Counted from the first letter of the stretch, positions 24,170-38,574 are shown. The stretch: 64,000 bases of DNA from Octopus bimaculoides (GCF_001194135.2 NC_068981.1:4851695-4915694), one strand, 5' to 3'. The notes: generated from the letters alone by a model not told the origin. Translations and numbers: made by a program.

Positions 24170-25284
24170 TGTATATTCGTTCTTCACTCGTTTATTACTG
24201 TTGAAACTCACAACAAACATGAGAGTGCAGTTAGGTGGTGATGCGCACCTGGAGAACTTCTGCAGGCAATTAATGGATATTGGAAACGGTGTTGTAATTG
24301 TTAAGCAGGATGGGAAGATTAGTTTATCCTTTGGCAATTTGGCGTCAAATATACACGAACTATTAGCGAGAGTTTTCTCCAATCTGAACATACAGTTCAA
24401 AGACCATTGTTAGCTGAGAAAACGTGCAAATTTGGCGCCAAAAAATGTCGCAGTAGATGGCGTAAAGAATCACCTTCTGGAACAACTGCCTGGTGATCGT
24501 CGAACATAGAAGTCAATTGATGCTGTGCTCCACACCAATGATGCTGTCCATTATCCCGTTGAATTCTTCAAAAGCTTTGCACCTTCAGGTCTACCACCGC
24601 ATGAATTGCATCTAAAGGTTGGAGCCCCAGTTATGCTTTTAAGAAACCTCGATCCTCCAAAATTATGCAATGGCACAAGACTTATTATCAAAAAATTGAT
24701 GCAGATAGTGTTGGAGGCAACAATACTGACTGGGAAAGCAAGTGGTGAAGAAGTTTTCCATTCCATAGATTCCTCTGATTCCTTCCGACACACAAATTGA
24801 TTTCAAAAGGCTACAATTCCCACTGAGATTAAGCTTTGCAATGAGCATCAACGAAGCACAGAGTCAGACATTGGAAGTGGTGAGCCTTAATCTTGCAGAA
24901 CCTGCTTTTTCTCATGGACAGCTCTATGTCGGAGGCTCTAGAGTTGGAAATCTGGAAAATTTATTCATCTATGACCCAACGGCAAAACCAGAAACATTGT
25001 GTATCATGAAGCCTTGCACGACTGAAATTTTGGAACAAAGATGCCTCTCCCTCCGAAAACCTCTCTTGTCAGCCCCCGACAATCTTTTTCACCAACCTCC
25101 GACAACCCCTCTCGCCAACCCCCAACAATCTCTCCCTCCTCCAGATGACAGTTTTTTGTACATTTTCATGATGGAAAATATGCCTTTTGTGGCAGTTATA
25201 ATGAAATTGGTTTCTTATATCAGAGTAATAAGGTGTTTCAATAGAACATCTTTACCCCTGGGAATTACCGGGTACACCAGCTAT
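24170..25284 (+). mobile_element. Decayed Helitron: PIF1-like helicase C-terminus and 3' end
   Basis: Frameshifted LTTNMRVQL...PSGLPPHELHLKVGAPVMLLRNLDPPKLCNGTRL...RLQFPLRLSFAMSINEAQSQTL...FSHGQLYVGGSRV. A Helitron-like terminus ccgggtacaccagctat lies at 25268-25284. CpG-rich sequence back to about 23690 may belong to the element. Confidence 0.9.
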
Positions 25285-25330
<46 letters not shown>

Positions 25331-25604
25331 TTTTAAAAAACAGGAGACAAAAAACAGAAAAAGACAAGAAAAAAACGTGAGGATGTAGCATGTGCAATAT
25401 GTATACATATACATATGTATATATATATATGTATATATATATATGCACATGCATCTTACTGCCAACATGTACATGTTTACCAGCACAGCAACAACAATAC
25501 AAGGAAGACAATTACACTACTAATATTCATTATATTATTGTGCATATATACATGTGCACGCGCACGTGTGTGTGTTTGTGGGGATGGTGCATAGAGGTGG
25601 GGAA

Positions 25605-26215
25605 GCGATGACATTGAAGAGGTAAAGAATTATGTCCATTTAGAGCAGACAGTGAATATGCACCAAAGTATGGGTGTTGAAATCTCAAAGAGGATAAGGG
25701 TAGGATGGAAGGCATTGAACTCGATAAAGGATTTACTCCAAACAAAGCTAGACAATGCCATACATGCCAGACTCTTCAAAAACACCATCCTACCTGTGTT
25801 CTCATTCACAAGTGAGACGTGGCCTACTACAAAGAGGATAAAACATTAAATGGTTACACTGTAAAAGGCCATGGAAAGGTCCATGCAAGGAATATCATTA
25901 AGAGAACAGATTTGAAATGAGATAATTCAAGATTGGAGCAGAGTGAAGGATGTAAATGCAGAATACCAAAAGCCTGAGTTCCACCTGGCCAAATATGTTG
26001 TAAGGTTCACAGACAACAGGTGGACTTGTACAGTTGTTGAGTGATATCTAAAAGATCAGAGAAGGTCACTTGGAAGGCTTCCACAACAATGGCAAAACAA
26101 GTTGGTCAAGCAATTTGGGTCAAGATGGAAAAGAATGATGCAATCAAGACAGAATTGGAAGTGCATTGTGACCAGTGGTGTATAACAACATCTGATGGTC
26201 TGGTCAATACCGTAC
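25605..26215 (+). mobile_element. Old RTE-clade LINE fragment (a different family)
   Basis: Encodes EEVKNYVHL...EISKRIRVGWKALNSIKDLL...RLFKNTILPVFSFTSETW...AMERSM..ISLR...RFTDNRWT, with stops. Confidence 0.8.
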
Positions 26216-29110
26216 TACTGTGATATGTGTGTGTGTTTAGAAGTTTAGTAAAAAGTTGCCATACTTTAAGAAGTTAAGAGACTGTGGGCGTGGTGAGGTG
26301 AGGTGGTGGAATATGTTGATGACTTTTCAAAGAGAATAATTAGTTGACATAAATGAAGTAGATTAATTAATGTTCCATGGTAATTAGCATAGCAGCATTG
26401 ATAATTTAAACACTCAAACTTTCCATGACAGAAACTATTTCTTCTCATATTAGTGAATTGAGGAAATAGCTTCACCCATTCCCCAGCTCTCACTCCCCAC
26501 CCTCGTTCACGCTGGCATCTTCCCCCACCCACACTCCTGCACCTGCTGTCTCGTCTACTTCTACAGAAGAAAAAAAAGCAAAAAAAAACAAGGGCACTCT
26601 CACCTCAAAGACAAACTCAGAACAGCGTATTCAGCTTTGCTTCACAAGGATCAGCAAAATTTGTTGGCCATACATGCACATGTACACTACCCCAACCTCT
26701 AGCCAGAAACTACTCTCCCTCAGAGATCCTTTCCACATGCCTGTTCCCTTTGATACCCTGATGAAGAAAGAGGCCATTCAAATGCCCTGCTCCTTGATGT
26801 GAAGTCACTTCCCCTTGCTTCCAGTCCCAAAGTCACCCCTCCTCCCTTGCTTCTGGTCCTGACGTCTCCTTTCACTCAGCCATATCTACCCACCTCATAC
26901 CTTTGGAGTCCACCCCGACATCTCATCACCATCAATTTTATCTCCTTCCTAACTCCCCTTGATCACTCGCACCCTCTCTTCCTAAGCCTAATTCATCATG
27001 TAGCTCCCTTAAACCAAGAAACCTTTCCCACCCTGGTCCCTTCTCTCATACTTTAACCCCTCTGCAATCTTGTATAAAGCCACATCTCTTGAGATTTATA
27101 ATCTGCATGTAGCATGGCAACCTGACTAATGGTGGTACCACATGAGAAGCACCCCATGTACCCCATGTAAAATGGTTGATGTTTGGAGGGGAATCCAGCT
27201 GGTTCGGGGTGAATTCGGTTACAACAATTTATCTGTGTGTGGTTGTATGTGTGTGTGTGTCTGTGGTTGTATGTATGTGTATGTGAGTGTGGGAGTGGTT
27301 GTATGTATGTGTGTGTATGTATCGTTGTACGTGTGTGGGAGTGGTTGTATGTATGTGTGTGTGCGGTTGTGGCTGTGTGTCTGTGGTTGTAGATGAATTG
27401 TTGTAGACAAATTCACCAGATACCATCATCCAGCCATGTGTGTCCAGAAAATTCACCGTAAAAATGTTTGCCATGAGAAAATTTGCTGAAGAAAAATTTT
27501 CTGTGGGAAATTTTGCCATATAAGAAACTTCACCAGATGACAAATCCTTCATATGGACAATAATAAAGCTTATTATGTGAGCATTTTTTTTTTAAATAAA
27601 AAGAAAAATGATAAAAATATTTTATAAAAGAATTAAAGAAGCCAAGTCTTTGATCAATGTCAAACATTAAGAAAATGGGATGAGGTCATTTGAAAGACAT
27701 AAAACTTGCAAGCAATGTTGCACAAATAATGCACCTTTTGTTGCAGGTTCTACTGAATGCAACTTTTTCTTTTAAGGCAAAAATGTTTATGGCAAAATTT
27801 CCTTTAACCCCCAGCCACGGAGACCATGTCAAATCAGACAGTGGAGCAGGGTGCAGTCCTTGAACCCAACAACAGACCCTGTCAAACCGTCCCACCCTTG
27901 CCAGCTCGAAATATGGACATTGGAGGAGGAGGAGGATTTTGATGCTTGCCCTGGGCACAATTTACTCTAGCTACACTCCTGGTTCATATCATAGACTTGG
28001 AGCTGTTTCTGATGGGCTGGTCTCAGGTGGTGTTGGCTGATGAATGAAAATATGTTTCTTGGGCTGTGTGAAGAAGTAACTGAATGTCACCCACAAACAT
28101 TCAACAGAAGATTTTATTGTTGCACATAAAAAACAAACTGCATTGGTCTTTTACAAAAAGAGAACAGCAATAATTACAGGCTGGGAGAGAAGGAAAAACC
28201 ATGCTGCATTTGAAGAAATTACTTATGAGTCATAGAGTGAATGTTTCATTTTAGGGTTCATTCATTGTTTAACCCTTCTGGGACCATATTTCTACTGAAA
28301 TACACTGATTTTGTTTCAATTAGTTTGTTAGGGTTACAGTTGTTTTGTTTGCTGGTCTTAGGAGGTGACAACAGGTTGAGTTGATGAATGAAAATTTGTT
28401 TCTTGGGCTGTGTGAAGAAGTAACTGAACGCCACCCACAAATATTCAACAGAAGATTTTATTGTCACACATAAAAACAAACCGTATTGGCCTTTTTTACA
28501 AATGACAACACCAATAATTATTGACTGAGAGAGAGAGTTTACAGTAAGCTTACTGATACAGCAACAGGCAGTTTGCTTAACATAACTGGAAACAATTGTG
28601 CTATATTCATGGTGGTGGTGGTTCTTGGTTGTCTGGCTGCACCAATTGTCTTAGCCATCTTCCTGTTAAAAACTGGATGCCATCTGGGGAGGCAGGAATG
28701 GTGAAACTTAAAGCTCAACATTCTGGTATTAATTACTGCTAAAAGGGGCCTTTTATAAGGCACAAGAAGATTCTATAAGACTGAATCTTATAATAGCTTG
28801 ATGCTAATTGGTTAGTGAATTGAGCAATTATATGAAACCATAGTGGTTTGCTAGAGATGTCTGACTGTATAATCAAGGGATTCATTTTCAAATCCCCACC
28901 ATGGGGTTAATGTTATACATGACAATATTCTGACCCTTGCTACATGTTAAAAAGTTAGGGGTTTTGTGTCACATGATGCTTAATATTATAAATTCAAATT
29001 ACAACGAAAGTAAACAAACAAACGAGGTTTGCTTTTAGAACCGTTGAGATGTCTTAGAAAGTTAAAGAAGTGATTTTTTAAATTCTCAAACGCAGGATAA
29101 TGCTAATAAT

Positions 29111-29262
29111 ATTAAGCCTGGGCATGATAAACTACCCCTATTTTGCAGAAAAAGTGCTGGCAGCCAGCTATGAGACTCGAACCCACACCCCTGTGATTAC
29201 ACATCGCGGTGCTCTGACCTTTTTCTGCAAAATAGGGGTAGTTTATCCTGTTCAGGTTTAAT
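29111..29262. mobile_element. Small inverted-repeat element (MITE-like) enclosing a tRNA-like fragment
   Basis: 44-bp arms at 29111-29154 and 29219-29262; the inner 29 bp are perfect. TTAA lies at both outer ends. The interior on the minus strand contains ggttcgagtc (B-box). Confidence 0.6.
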
Positions 29263-29931
29263 GGGTTTAAAGACAGATATACTCAGAAAATCCACTCACA
29301 AGGCTTTGGTTGGCCCAAGGCTATAGAAGACACTTGCCCAAGTTGCTATGCAGTGGGACTGAAACCAAAACCATTTGGCTGGGAAGCTGGCTTCTTACCA
29401 CACAGCCATGGTTGCACTTAACATTTTCATTCAGGCTTTTGAAAAAAAAGGGCTGATGAAGAATCCCAAACATGGAAAGAAACACGTCTTAGAGAAAATT
29501 TTCTACCAATTCTCTGGATTAATATTGTTCATGGTTGAATTATTATTGTTGTTGTTGTTGTTGTTAGCTTTGACTGAGTAGACATATGATTAGTCCAGCC
29601 ACGACCATCCTATCTTATCGTGTATCTAGCATGACATTATTCAATGTGTGCTTCTCATTTTCTTAAGATGCCGGTGAAGATATGACGGAGATTTGGCTGT
29701 CATTTCTAGCAGGTCAATTGACTCCATAAAGACTCCCTTACTTGACCAGTCAGACAGTGGCTATTTAGTAGCAGGTTTCTCTTTACTTCCACCACACTCT
29801 TACATCTGACCACCACCACCATTAACACCACCACCACCACCACCAAGTTCATTTATGGTATTAACACACACACACACACACANNNNNNNNNNTAACACCA
29901 CCACCACCACCACCAAGTTCATTTATGGTAT

Positions 29932-29965
<34 letters not shown>

Positions 29966-30542
29966 CCTAATTTTCTGTTCATTAAAAATTAAAATCTCAT
30001 AATGACAGTTTCAGCTAATTATCACTGCTGTTGAGAATGGTTTTAGCTTAGAATTTATGAATTAATAAGCTATGTCTATTGTATTCTGTCGTGTGTCTAC
30101 ACACACACACACACGCATGCATGCAAGCACACATACACACATACACACACATACAGGCAAATGCATACACACACACGCACATGCATCTATGCACACACAC
30201 ACATATATTTATATGTATGCATACATAAATACATATATATTTACGTATATTCCTCGTCATTATTTTAATGTCTGCTTTTCCATTCTTTGTAAAGACTAAA
30301 CAGAATTCATTGAGAAGGATTTTCTGCAGTTAGGTGCCCTTCCTGTCACCAACCCTTACATGTTTGCAAATAAGGTAACATTTCCCTCTATGGCCAGACA
30401 TGCTTTCATGGAAGACTGGAAATGAAGGACATCAGTTGCATGATGGTGACACTTGTTTACAGCTGCTACATGATGCCATGGCAAGGAAACAGTAACACAC
30501 ACACACACATGCACACAAAAATATATATGCAAACACATAAAT

Positions 30543-30601
<59 letters not shown>

Positions 30602-30810
30602 CACACACACACACACATGGTTCAAAATTGTACAAAAAACCCCAAAAAGCAAATGAGAGACAGGTGAGGGAACAACAAACCAGGAGTATTAATTTGACAT
30701 GCAGGAAAAATGGAAGAAGTGTTTGATGTTTTGTGTCTATGTTCTTCTACAGAAAAAAAATGAGGAGAAAAAAAATGAAGAGGGAGGGTGTATACACGTG
30801 TGTATAGATA

Positions 30811-32435
30811 CAGGGTGCGTATGCTATTTGAGAACTCTCTTTACTCTTTTACTTGTTTCAGTCATTTGACTGTGGCCATGCTGGAGCACCACCTTTAGTT
30901 GAGCAAATCGACCCCAGGACTTATTCTTTGTAAGCCTAGTTCTTATTCTATCGGTCTCTTTTGCCGAACTGCTAAGTGACGGAGACATAAACACACCAGC
31001 ATCTGTTGTCAAGCAATGCTAGGGGGACAAACACAGACACACAAACACACACACACATATATATATATATACATATATGTGACAGGCTTCTTTCAGTTTC
31101 CGTCTACCAAATCCACTCACAAGGCTTTGGTTGGCCCAAGGCTATAGTAGAAGACACTTACCCAAGATGTCATGCAGTGGGACTGAACCCAGAACCATGT
31201 GGCTGGTAAGCAAGCTAGTTACCACACAGCCACTCCTGTGCCTGATAATGTGATATTTTTTAGTTATTATTGTGTTTAAATTAACTTTATGTCATGAACG
31301 TTTCAGAAAATAATAACAGCAGACACCCAGCTTACTCAATGAATGAAGAGGCATGCAGTAATTTTGGCCTGAAAGACTGAGCACAGCAATTTGGAGATAG
31401 GTCAGTTTTTAAAAGTTGCCAGATCTTTTGTCTACAAAGTTCACAAGGAATTAGAAGTCTCAAATGGAAAAGTATCACCAGTATTGAAACACAAAAAGCA
31501 TTCTTAATGTTCCAATACCCTTAGAACCCCCAAATTCATTTGACAAGTTCAGCAGGTCTTTGATGGAAATCCCAGAAAATCCATGAGGTCAATTGCAAAA
31601 GATCTCCATATGTCAGAAAGGACAATCAGAAATGTTGTCCATGGAGACATCTGCCATGGGTCTTACGTGGGGAAGAGAGGTCAATTCATGTCAAAAGAAA
31701 AAAAGAAAGAAAATAAAGAATTGTTTGTTGAGATCTAAAAGGCCATTAAACAAAGTTAAAAATGGAGAATGTGACATGATTTGGTTTTTCTCAGATGAGA
31801 AAAACTTTGACCAAGACCAGAAGAAATGACAGATGGTTATGTTCAGGCCCTTCTGAAGTTCCACCTGTCATGCACACAAAATGTCCTGCAACTGTCATGG
31901 CTTTTTGAGTTGTCAGTAACGAAGGGCAGTGTGATGCCTTCTCACTTCTTTCCCCAAGGCCTTAAAGTTAACTCTCCTGGTTACATTGAGGTCCTGGAAT
32001 CAGCTGTCAAGTGTGCCATCACATGAGGCTCATGCAACCCCAATAAAGGATGGCTAACAGTTTTTATGATCACATAACCCTTAACATTTAGCCTTCAAAC
32101 TCATCAGATCTCAATCCATTCGAGCATTAAGTGTGGAGCATTGTTGAGAAAGAGGTCAGTGAACATCGCCATAACACCAACGATTCTTTGAAAGCTGCCA
32201 TAGTCAAAAGAATGCCCAATATGAACCAAGGTCATTTAATTCAGGTAAGACGATGATTCAGATCTCACATAGAAGCAGTTATTGGTGCTGAAGGTTGTTA
32301 CATTAAATAACATTACAAAGAAGACAATCTAGTTTATATTTACAATTTTTTCTCATTAATAAAGATTTGCTTTCTGTTATTATATGTATTTTTTTCTAAA
32401 AAACAAATTTGTCTTCAAATACCTTACACGCCCTG
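30811..32435 (+). mobile_element. Decayed Tc1/mariner (maT/DD37D-like) transposon with a nested SINE B
   Basis: TA|CAGGGTGCGTATGCTATTTGA left end versus TCAAATACCTTACACGCCCTG|TA right end. Pseudo-ORF motifs WFFSDEKNFDQDQK, VMPSHFFPQGLKVN and SSDLNPF..VWSIVEKEV. A SINE is inserted at about 30836-31243. Confidence 0.8.
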
Positions 32436-32729
32436 TACCATGGGCTTCTTTCAGTTTCCATCTTCCAAACCCACTCAACTTTTGGTCAACTTGATACTAT
32501 AGCAGTAGTATAGGAGAAGACGCTTGCTCAAGATGTTACAAAGTGGGACTGAACCCCAAACCACATAGTTGGGAGTCAAACTTCTTAACCACACGGCCAT
32601 GCCAGTAGATACAGGAAGAAAACCTTAGGAGAAATGATGAATCCCTGTGGTACACGTTTCCAGAAAGTACAGATGCTCAAAACGTTGGACTATAGATGTT
32701 CAAAAAGTCTCTCCACAGTGAATTTTTTT

Positions 32730-32880
32730 TCATCCTGCGCATCACCATGGCGCTACTTCAAGAGTTTTTCAGTGAATGGATTATTTCGAAGGGACTTTGG
32801 CCACCAAGATCACCTGATTTAACACCACCAGACTTTTTTTTTTTTTTGCTGGGGAGCAAGTAAAGGATCAGTGTAGAAGG
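32730..32880 (+). mobile_element. Tc1/mariner transposase remnant
   Basis: Translates LQEFFSEWIISKGLWPPRSPDLTPPDFF..WG.VKDQ. Confidence 0.7.
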
Positions 32881-33680
32881 ATCATGAGAAAACCATTAAA
32901 TACTTTACTGCAGAGAGACTTTCTGAATACTCTGTAGTACACAACACTGGCATAGCAACCTGCCAAGTAGTTTGGGAGGTACCATTTGGTGTCCTTTCTA
33001 AAAGTGATGTGGTGGCCATATTTTGTGTGAATCAATGGCAAGGGCACTGAATTAAAAGCTTTGTTGATGGTCCTTAGAAAGGTGTTTGTGATGGGGGTTT
33101 TTTGTCTTTGGTTTCAATTGTTATTTATAGAAGCCATTTTATGTGATGGTGATGGTGATGGTAATAACACAGCTGCTGCTGCTGTTAATTCTAAAGATAA
33201 TTAGTAATTTACTTCAATTGACAAATAATTCAAATTAATAACAAAACGCAAGTAATTTTATTATGTTTTTTTTCTTTTAACAATTTTTTTAAATTATTAT
33301 TTTGTTTAATGGAATCTAAATATTTGGACTTCGATGATTCTTGTGTTTATAGAACTGCTGTTATCTGATGAGAGTCTGTTACGAATGTCTTGCTCCAGAA
33401 TATGTCTGATCCAAATACATTAGAACCAGACACAGAATCACAACATGATTAATAACAACAACAACAACAACAATAATAATAATAATTGCTCCACCTCTAG
33501 CCCCTGTGCCAGTGGCACATAAAAAAGCACCCACTACACTCTCAGAGTGGTTGGCATTAGAAAGGGCATCCAGCTGTAGAAACACTGCCAAATCAGATTG
33601 GGGCCTGGTGCAGCCTCCTGGCTTCTCAGACCCCGGTCGAACCGTCCAACCCATGCTAGCATGGAAAACAGATGTTAAAC

Positions 33681-33743
<63 letters not shown>

Positions 33744-36427
33744 GGGCTGTGTGGTGAGAAGGTTGCTTCCCAACCACATGCTTGAGGGTTCTGTCCCACT
33801 GAGTGGCACCTTGGGCAAGTGTCTTCTGCTATAGCTTCAGGCTGACCAAACCCCTGTGAGTGAATTTGGTACAGCTGGATGCCCTTCCTAATGCCAACCA
33901 CTCCGAGGATGTAGTGGGTGTCTTTTATGTGCCACCGGCTCTATTAGTATTTATTTTATCGACCCTAAAAGAATAAAAGCCAATGTCAACTTTGGCAGAA
34001 TTTGAACTCAGAATGTAAAGGACAAAATGCTGCTAAGCGTTTTTGCCTGGTATGCTAACGATTCTGCCAGTTGGCTGCCTTAGAGCCAGAAGAAACATGG
34101 TGGAGAATTTTGTCTGCTACAGTAACCATTCTGCCAAACATTCAACCAAATAGTTTAAAATATACAAAAAATTTAACCCATTTATGCTCTGAGATTTCAT
34201 CTAGACTAACAAATAAAGTAATTTACTTAAAATAGCTTCAAATTAAAAATTCTTTTCTTTTTGATTTCACGCAAAATTGAAATTTACTTGGAAAAAGAGA
34301 GAAAAAAAAGAAATTGAAAATTTTTCATATCAAATTTTTTCCTTTCTTATTTTTCAATTATTAATAGTAATTAAAAAATAACGATGTTGTTTACATTCCA
34401 TTAACACCATCACCTGGTCACTGGATGTCAAGGAAAGGAATTGTCTCTGGCCAAACAGATAGAAATCCATTGTTGATGGTTCAGCTTGGCATGGGATGAG
34501 CTCCACTACAAAGCTGACTTGTCTGAGATATGAAACCAGGAAATAATTCTTCAGTTTTTCAGTGATGGATTTTGGGATTTTCCCATCAATTTTTCTTTTG
34601 AAGAAAGTAAAGGATATTAATTTCTGGCACAGAGATTGAATGGAAACACTCAGAAGATTCCATTTTCCAAGAGATTTAAGAAGAAAATTTCAAAACAAAT
34701 TCTAGAACTTGAACCCAAGAAAACAAACACACTATGTCAAATTCCTCTTCAAATTTATTGACTTCCATCCAATGTTGGAACCAGCAAAAAAGGAAAATCA
34801 CAATGCAGTTAGAATATAAAAGAACGAATACATTTATGAAGCCAGGTAATAAAAATCTGAACAGTTTTTAAAACTTAATAGAAGCATCTCAGGTGAGGGA
34901 ATAAGTCATAAGAGTGTGGCAAAAGTCTTTGACACTCAACACAAAATTCTAATAAAAGGCAGAGCAGCAAATGTTTTGTTTAAGGAAACTGTTGATATTG
35001 ATTTCAGATGTTGGCACAAGGCCAGAAATTTCGAGAGATGTGGGCAAGTCTGTGATATCAACCCCAGTACTTGACTGGTACTTATTTAATCAACCGTGGA
35101 AAGATGGAAGGCAAAGTCCGTCTCAGTGGCACTGGAATGTGAAGTCAGAAGAAATGTCTCTCAGTATTTTTCCCATCATGCAAACAATTCTGCCAGTTTT
35201 GTCTTCTCAGGAACTGTTAATAACGAGTCGTCTCAATTAGGACTAATTGCCTCAATTAGCATTTGGGGGAGGAGTGCTGTGTGGTGTCCTCATCATCATC
35301 ATCATTGTCGTCGTCTTCAACATCATCATCGCCATCATCATCGTTTACCATTCACTCGTCCATGCTTGATTGGGTTGGATGGAATTTGTGTAAGATAGAT
35401 TCTCTCTGGCTAGCTGCCCTTCCCGTTGCCAAACCTCATTTGTTTTCAAGCAAGGAAATATTTCCCTGTGACCAGACATGTTTTCATGGCAGACTGGAAA
35501 AGAAGGGACACTGCTTGCATATGACAGTAACACTCATCTGCAACTAACATGTGCAATGTGATGGCAAGGAAACACACACACATGTATATACACATGTACA
35601 CACACACACATACACACAAACATACATATGTGTATATACACACACATGTATACACATACACACATGTATATACACACACACATATATACACACAAATGTA
35701 CATAATACACACACATGTAAATAATACACACACATACACACACATGTATATACACACATGTACATACATGCATACACACACACACACACTCACACATGCA
35801 CACACACACGTATATTTGATGGGTTTCTTTCAGTTTCCTTCTACCAAATCCAGTCACAAGGCATTGGCCAGCCCAAGACTATAGTAGAAGACCTTTGCTC
35901 AAGGTGCCCCACAGTAGGATTGAACCTGGAACCATGTAGTTGGGAAACAAACTTCTTCCCACACGATTGGCTTCTTTCAGTTTCCTTCTACCAAATCCAC
36001 TCACAAGGCTTTGGTCAGCCCTTTCTATTCAAGTTACGTGTATATGAACAGCTTCAAGTATGACTTGACTGCTAAACAGGAATTCCCTCTGAGATTTGAG
36101 AAACATATTTACTTCTTTATTGCCCACAGGGGGCTAAACATAGAGGGGACAAACAAGGACAGACAAAGGGTTTCAGTCGATTACATCGACCCCAGTGCGT
36201 AACTGGTACTTATTTAATTGACCCCGAAAAGGATGAAAGGCAAAGTCGACCTCGGCAGAGTTTGAACTCAAAACATAGCGGCAGACGAAATACCACTAAA
36301 CATTTTGCCCGGCATGCAAACGATTCTGCCAGCTTGCGGCCCTGAGAAACATATTAAAGTAGCGATTATTAGACTCTGAAATTTTGGAAAACTTCAGTTT
36401 GTCAGTATTTACCATCTTGATTTAAGA

Positions 36428-36955
36428 TACTGGTTCTCAACCATTTTTTTTTTTAACCTATGGACCCCTTTGGGTACTATTTTATTCTGGGTGACCCCCA
36501 CAAACCCAAGCTATTCCTTGTTTAAAACTAGTTTTATAGATATTTCTTTCAAAATTCCTATTTTGTTCGTTGCACACGTTCACTTTTGTGGAGGTGTGCA
36601 ATAACACTCTCTGAGAAGACATGATTCAGTGGCCAGAAATATATTCTTTTCTACTCTAGGCACAAGGCCCGAAATTTTAGGGGAGGGGGCAGCCTATTAG
36701 ATCGACCCCCGAAAGGATGAAAAGCAAAGTCGACCTCGGCGGAATTTGAACTCAGAACGCGGAAATATATTAAACCATGTTGTATTAGAGAAACAAATCT
36801 AGCTGTCTCTTGCAATAAATACGCGTATTGAAAATTTTTTCTATGGACCCTTAATGTACTACTGTGGATCCCAAAGTTTCTATTTTACTTGCTTCGGCCC
36901 CAGAAATCTTATATGAACCCCCAGGGGTCATACTGACCCGGTTGAAAAACCACTG
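36428..36955. mobile_element. hAT-type MITE with a nested SINE A fragment
   Basis: Ends tactggttctcaacc and ggttgaaaaaccactg. The 8-bp flanks atttaaga and aattaagg match at 6 of 8 positions. Confidence 0.6.
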
Positions 36956-38574
36956 AATTAAGGCAACGTGAGAAACCCATCGTTGCTAATATTGAGTTAT
37001 CTCCCTTGGGATAAAGACACGCAGCTGGTCGATGTGTGACCGATTTGAAATATGTGTTGACCCCTGTAAATAGGGAACAACTGGGAAGCCGATGCCAATA
37101 CTACAAACGTATTTAGTGTATAAAGGAATAGTGCTTTTGTAAACCGGTCGGCTGCAGATCTTCAGACGGGGGACAGGAGCACTGGTCTCCAACTACATCT
37201 GACACAGCCCCCAGAAGTCAGTAGTCCACACCGAAAGCCACACCTCGGTCCCTACTTTGGCCCGTGAGCAAAACTGAGCAGAAGGTACTAGCAATATCAG
37301 AAGGATTGCTGTACTGGGGGATGTCATCCCTCAAGACTGGAATGGCCGATGAAGTAGAGGAACCCAATATCGTCAGTGACTCAGAAGGTATGTGTGACAG
37401 GTTTAAGAAACTCTCTTAATGCGTGGCCAGCCTCCAGAGAAGGGATTCAGACCACATCAGGTACTTAGGTACAGGTGTGTCTGTGTGGTAAGAAGTTTGC
37501 TTCCCAACCACATGGTTCTGGGTTCAGTCCCACTGTGTGATACCTTGGACACATGTCTCCTACTATAGCCTCAGGCTGAGCAAAGCCTTGTGAGTGGATT
37601 TGGTAGACGGAAACTGAAAGAAGCCCATCATGTTTGTGTGTGTGTGTGCATGCGTGTGTGTGTGTGTGCGTGTGTGTGTGTGTGCGTGTGTGTGTGCCCC
37701 ACAGCTGGTGCTAGTGTCAGTGTGTTTACATCCCTGGAACTTAGTCTTCAACAAAAGAGACAGGTTTAAACAAATAAGTCCTGGGGTCCTTCAACTAAAA
37801 AAAAAAGTCCTGGGGTCATTCAATTAAAACTTCCTCAAGGTGGTGCCACAGCATGGCCACAATCAAATGACTGAAGCAAGCAAGAAGCCAGACCCATAAT
37901 AGAAGATGGAAATGCTTGATATTGAACCTGCTGAGAGCAAATGACATTTAATGAATGAATTTAAATTAATGGTTCTGGAGGGATAAAAAGTGAAGTTGAA
38001 CATAAAGGGACATAACATGATCTGCCATGATGCCTGAGTGAAGTCCAGTCAGTTGTTTGGTTTAACAGAATCACCTGGTTGCTGGGCATCTTCAGCTGAA
38101 AGCATTCACGGTAAATCTGCTGCCTAAAGATGAACTTCCTGTTATCAGTGTTGAGGGAAGGAGCTGAAAAAGATATTCATGGGCCCTGTCTCATTCCCAA
38201 TACTAAATACCCCAAGGCATTTAAATCTGTTACTAAAGAAATTAATATATCATATTAACAAGGGGGTTGGGTGTTTAATCATAATCAAAGATGGCTCTTC
38301 TTAGACACCACAATATTTTGTTTCAGTAACATGGTGAGCTGGCAGAAACATTAGCATGCCAAGCAAAATGCTTAGCGGTAGGTATTCCATCTGTCTTTAC
38401 ATTCTGAGTTCAAATTCCACCGAGGTCGACTTTGCTTCTCGTCCTTTCGGAGTCGATAAATTAAGTACCAGTTGCATTCTGGGGTCGATCTAATTGACTG
38501 CTCCCCCAACTTCCCAAAAATTTCGGGCCTTGTGCCTAAAGTAGAAAAGAATATTTTGTTTCCATGAAAGCTCA

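Noticed and set aside
29815-29960. Apparent tandem duplication of taacaccaccaccacc...ggtattaacacac
   Set aside because: The two copies sit either side of a 10-N gap, so they are most likely an unmerged contig overlap.
34410-34650. Stop-free minus-strand frame of about 70-110 codons (KLISFTFFKRKIDGK...SSDQ)
   Set aside because: It has only a weak donor (GTGATG), no recognisable homology and no compatible neighbouring exon. It is not distinguishable from chance.
37342-37393. ATG-initiated mini-exon MADEVEEPNIVSDSE|GTATGT
   Set aside because: It is embedded in a GC-richer block that looks like mobile-element sequence, and no downstream exon can be linked.
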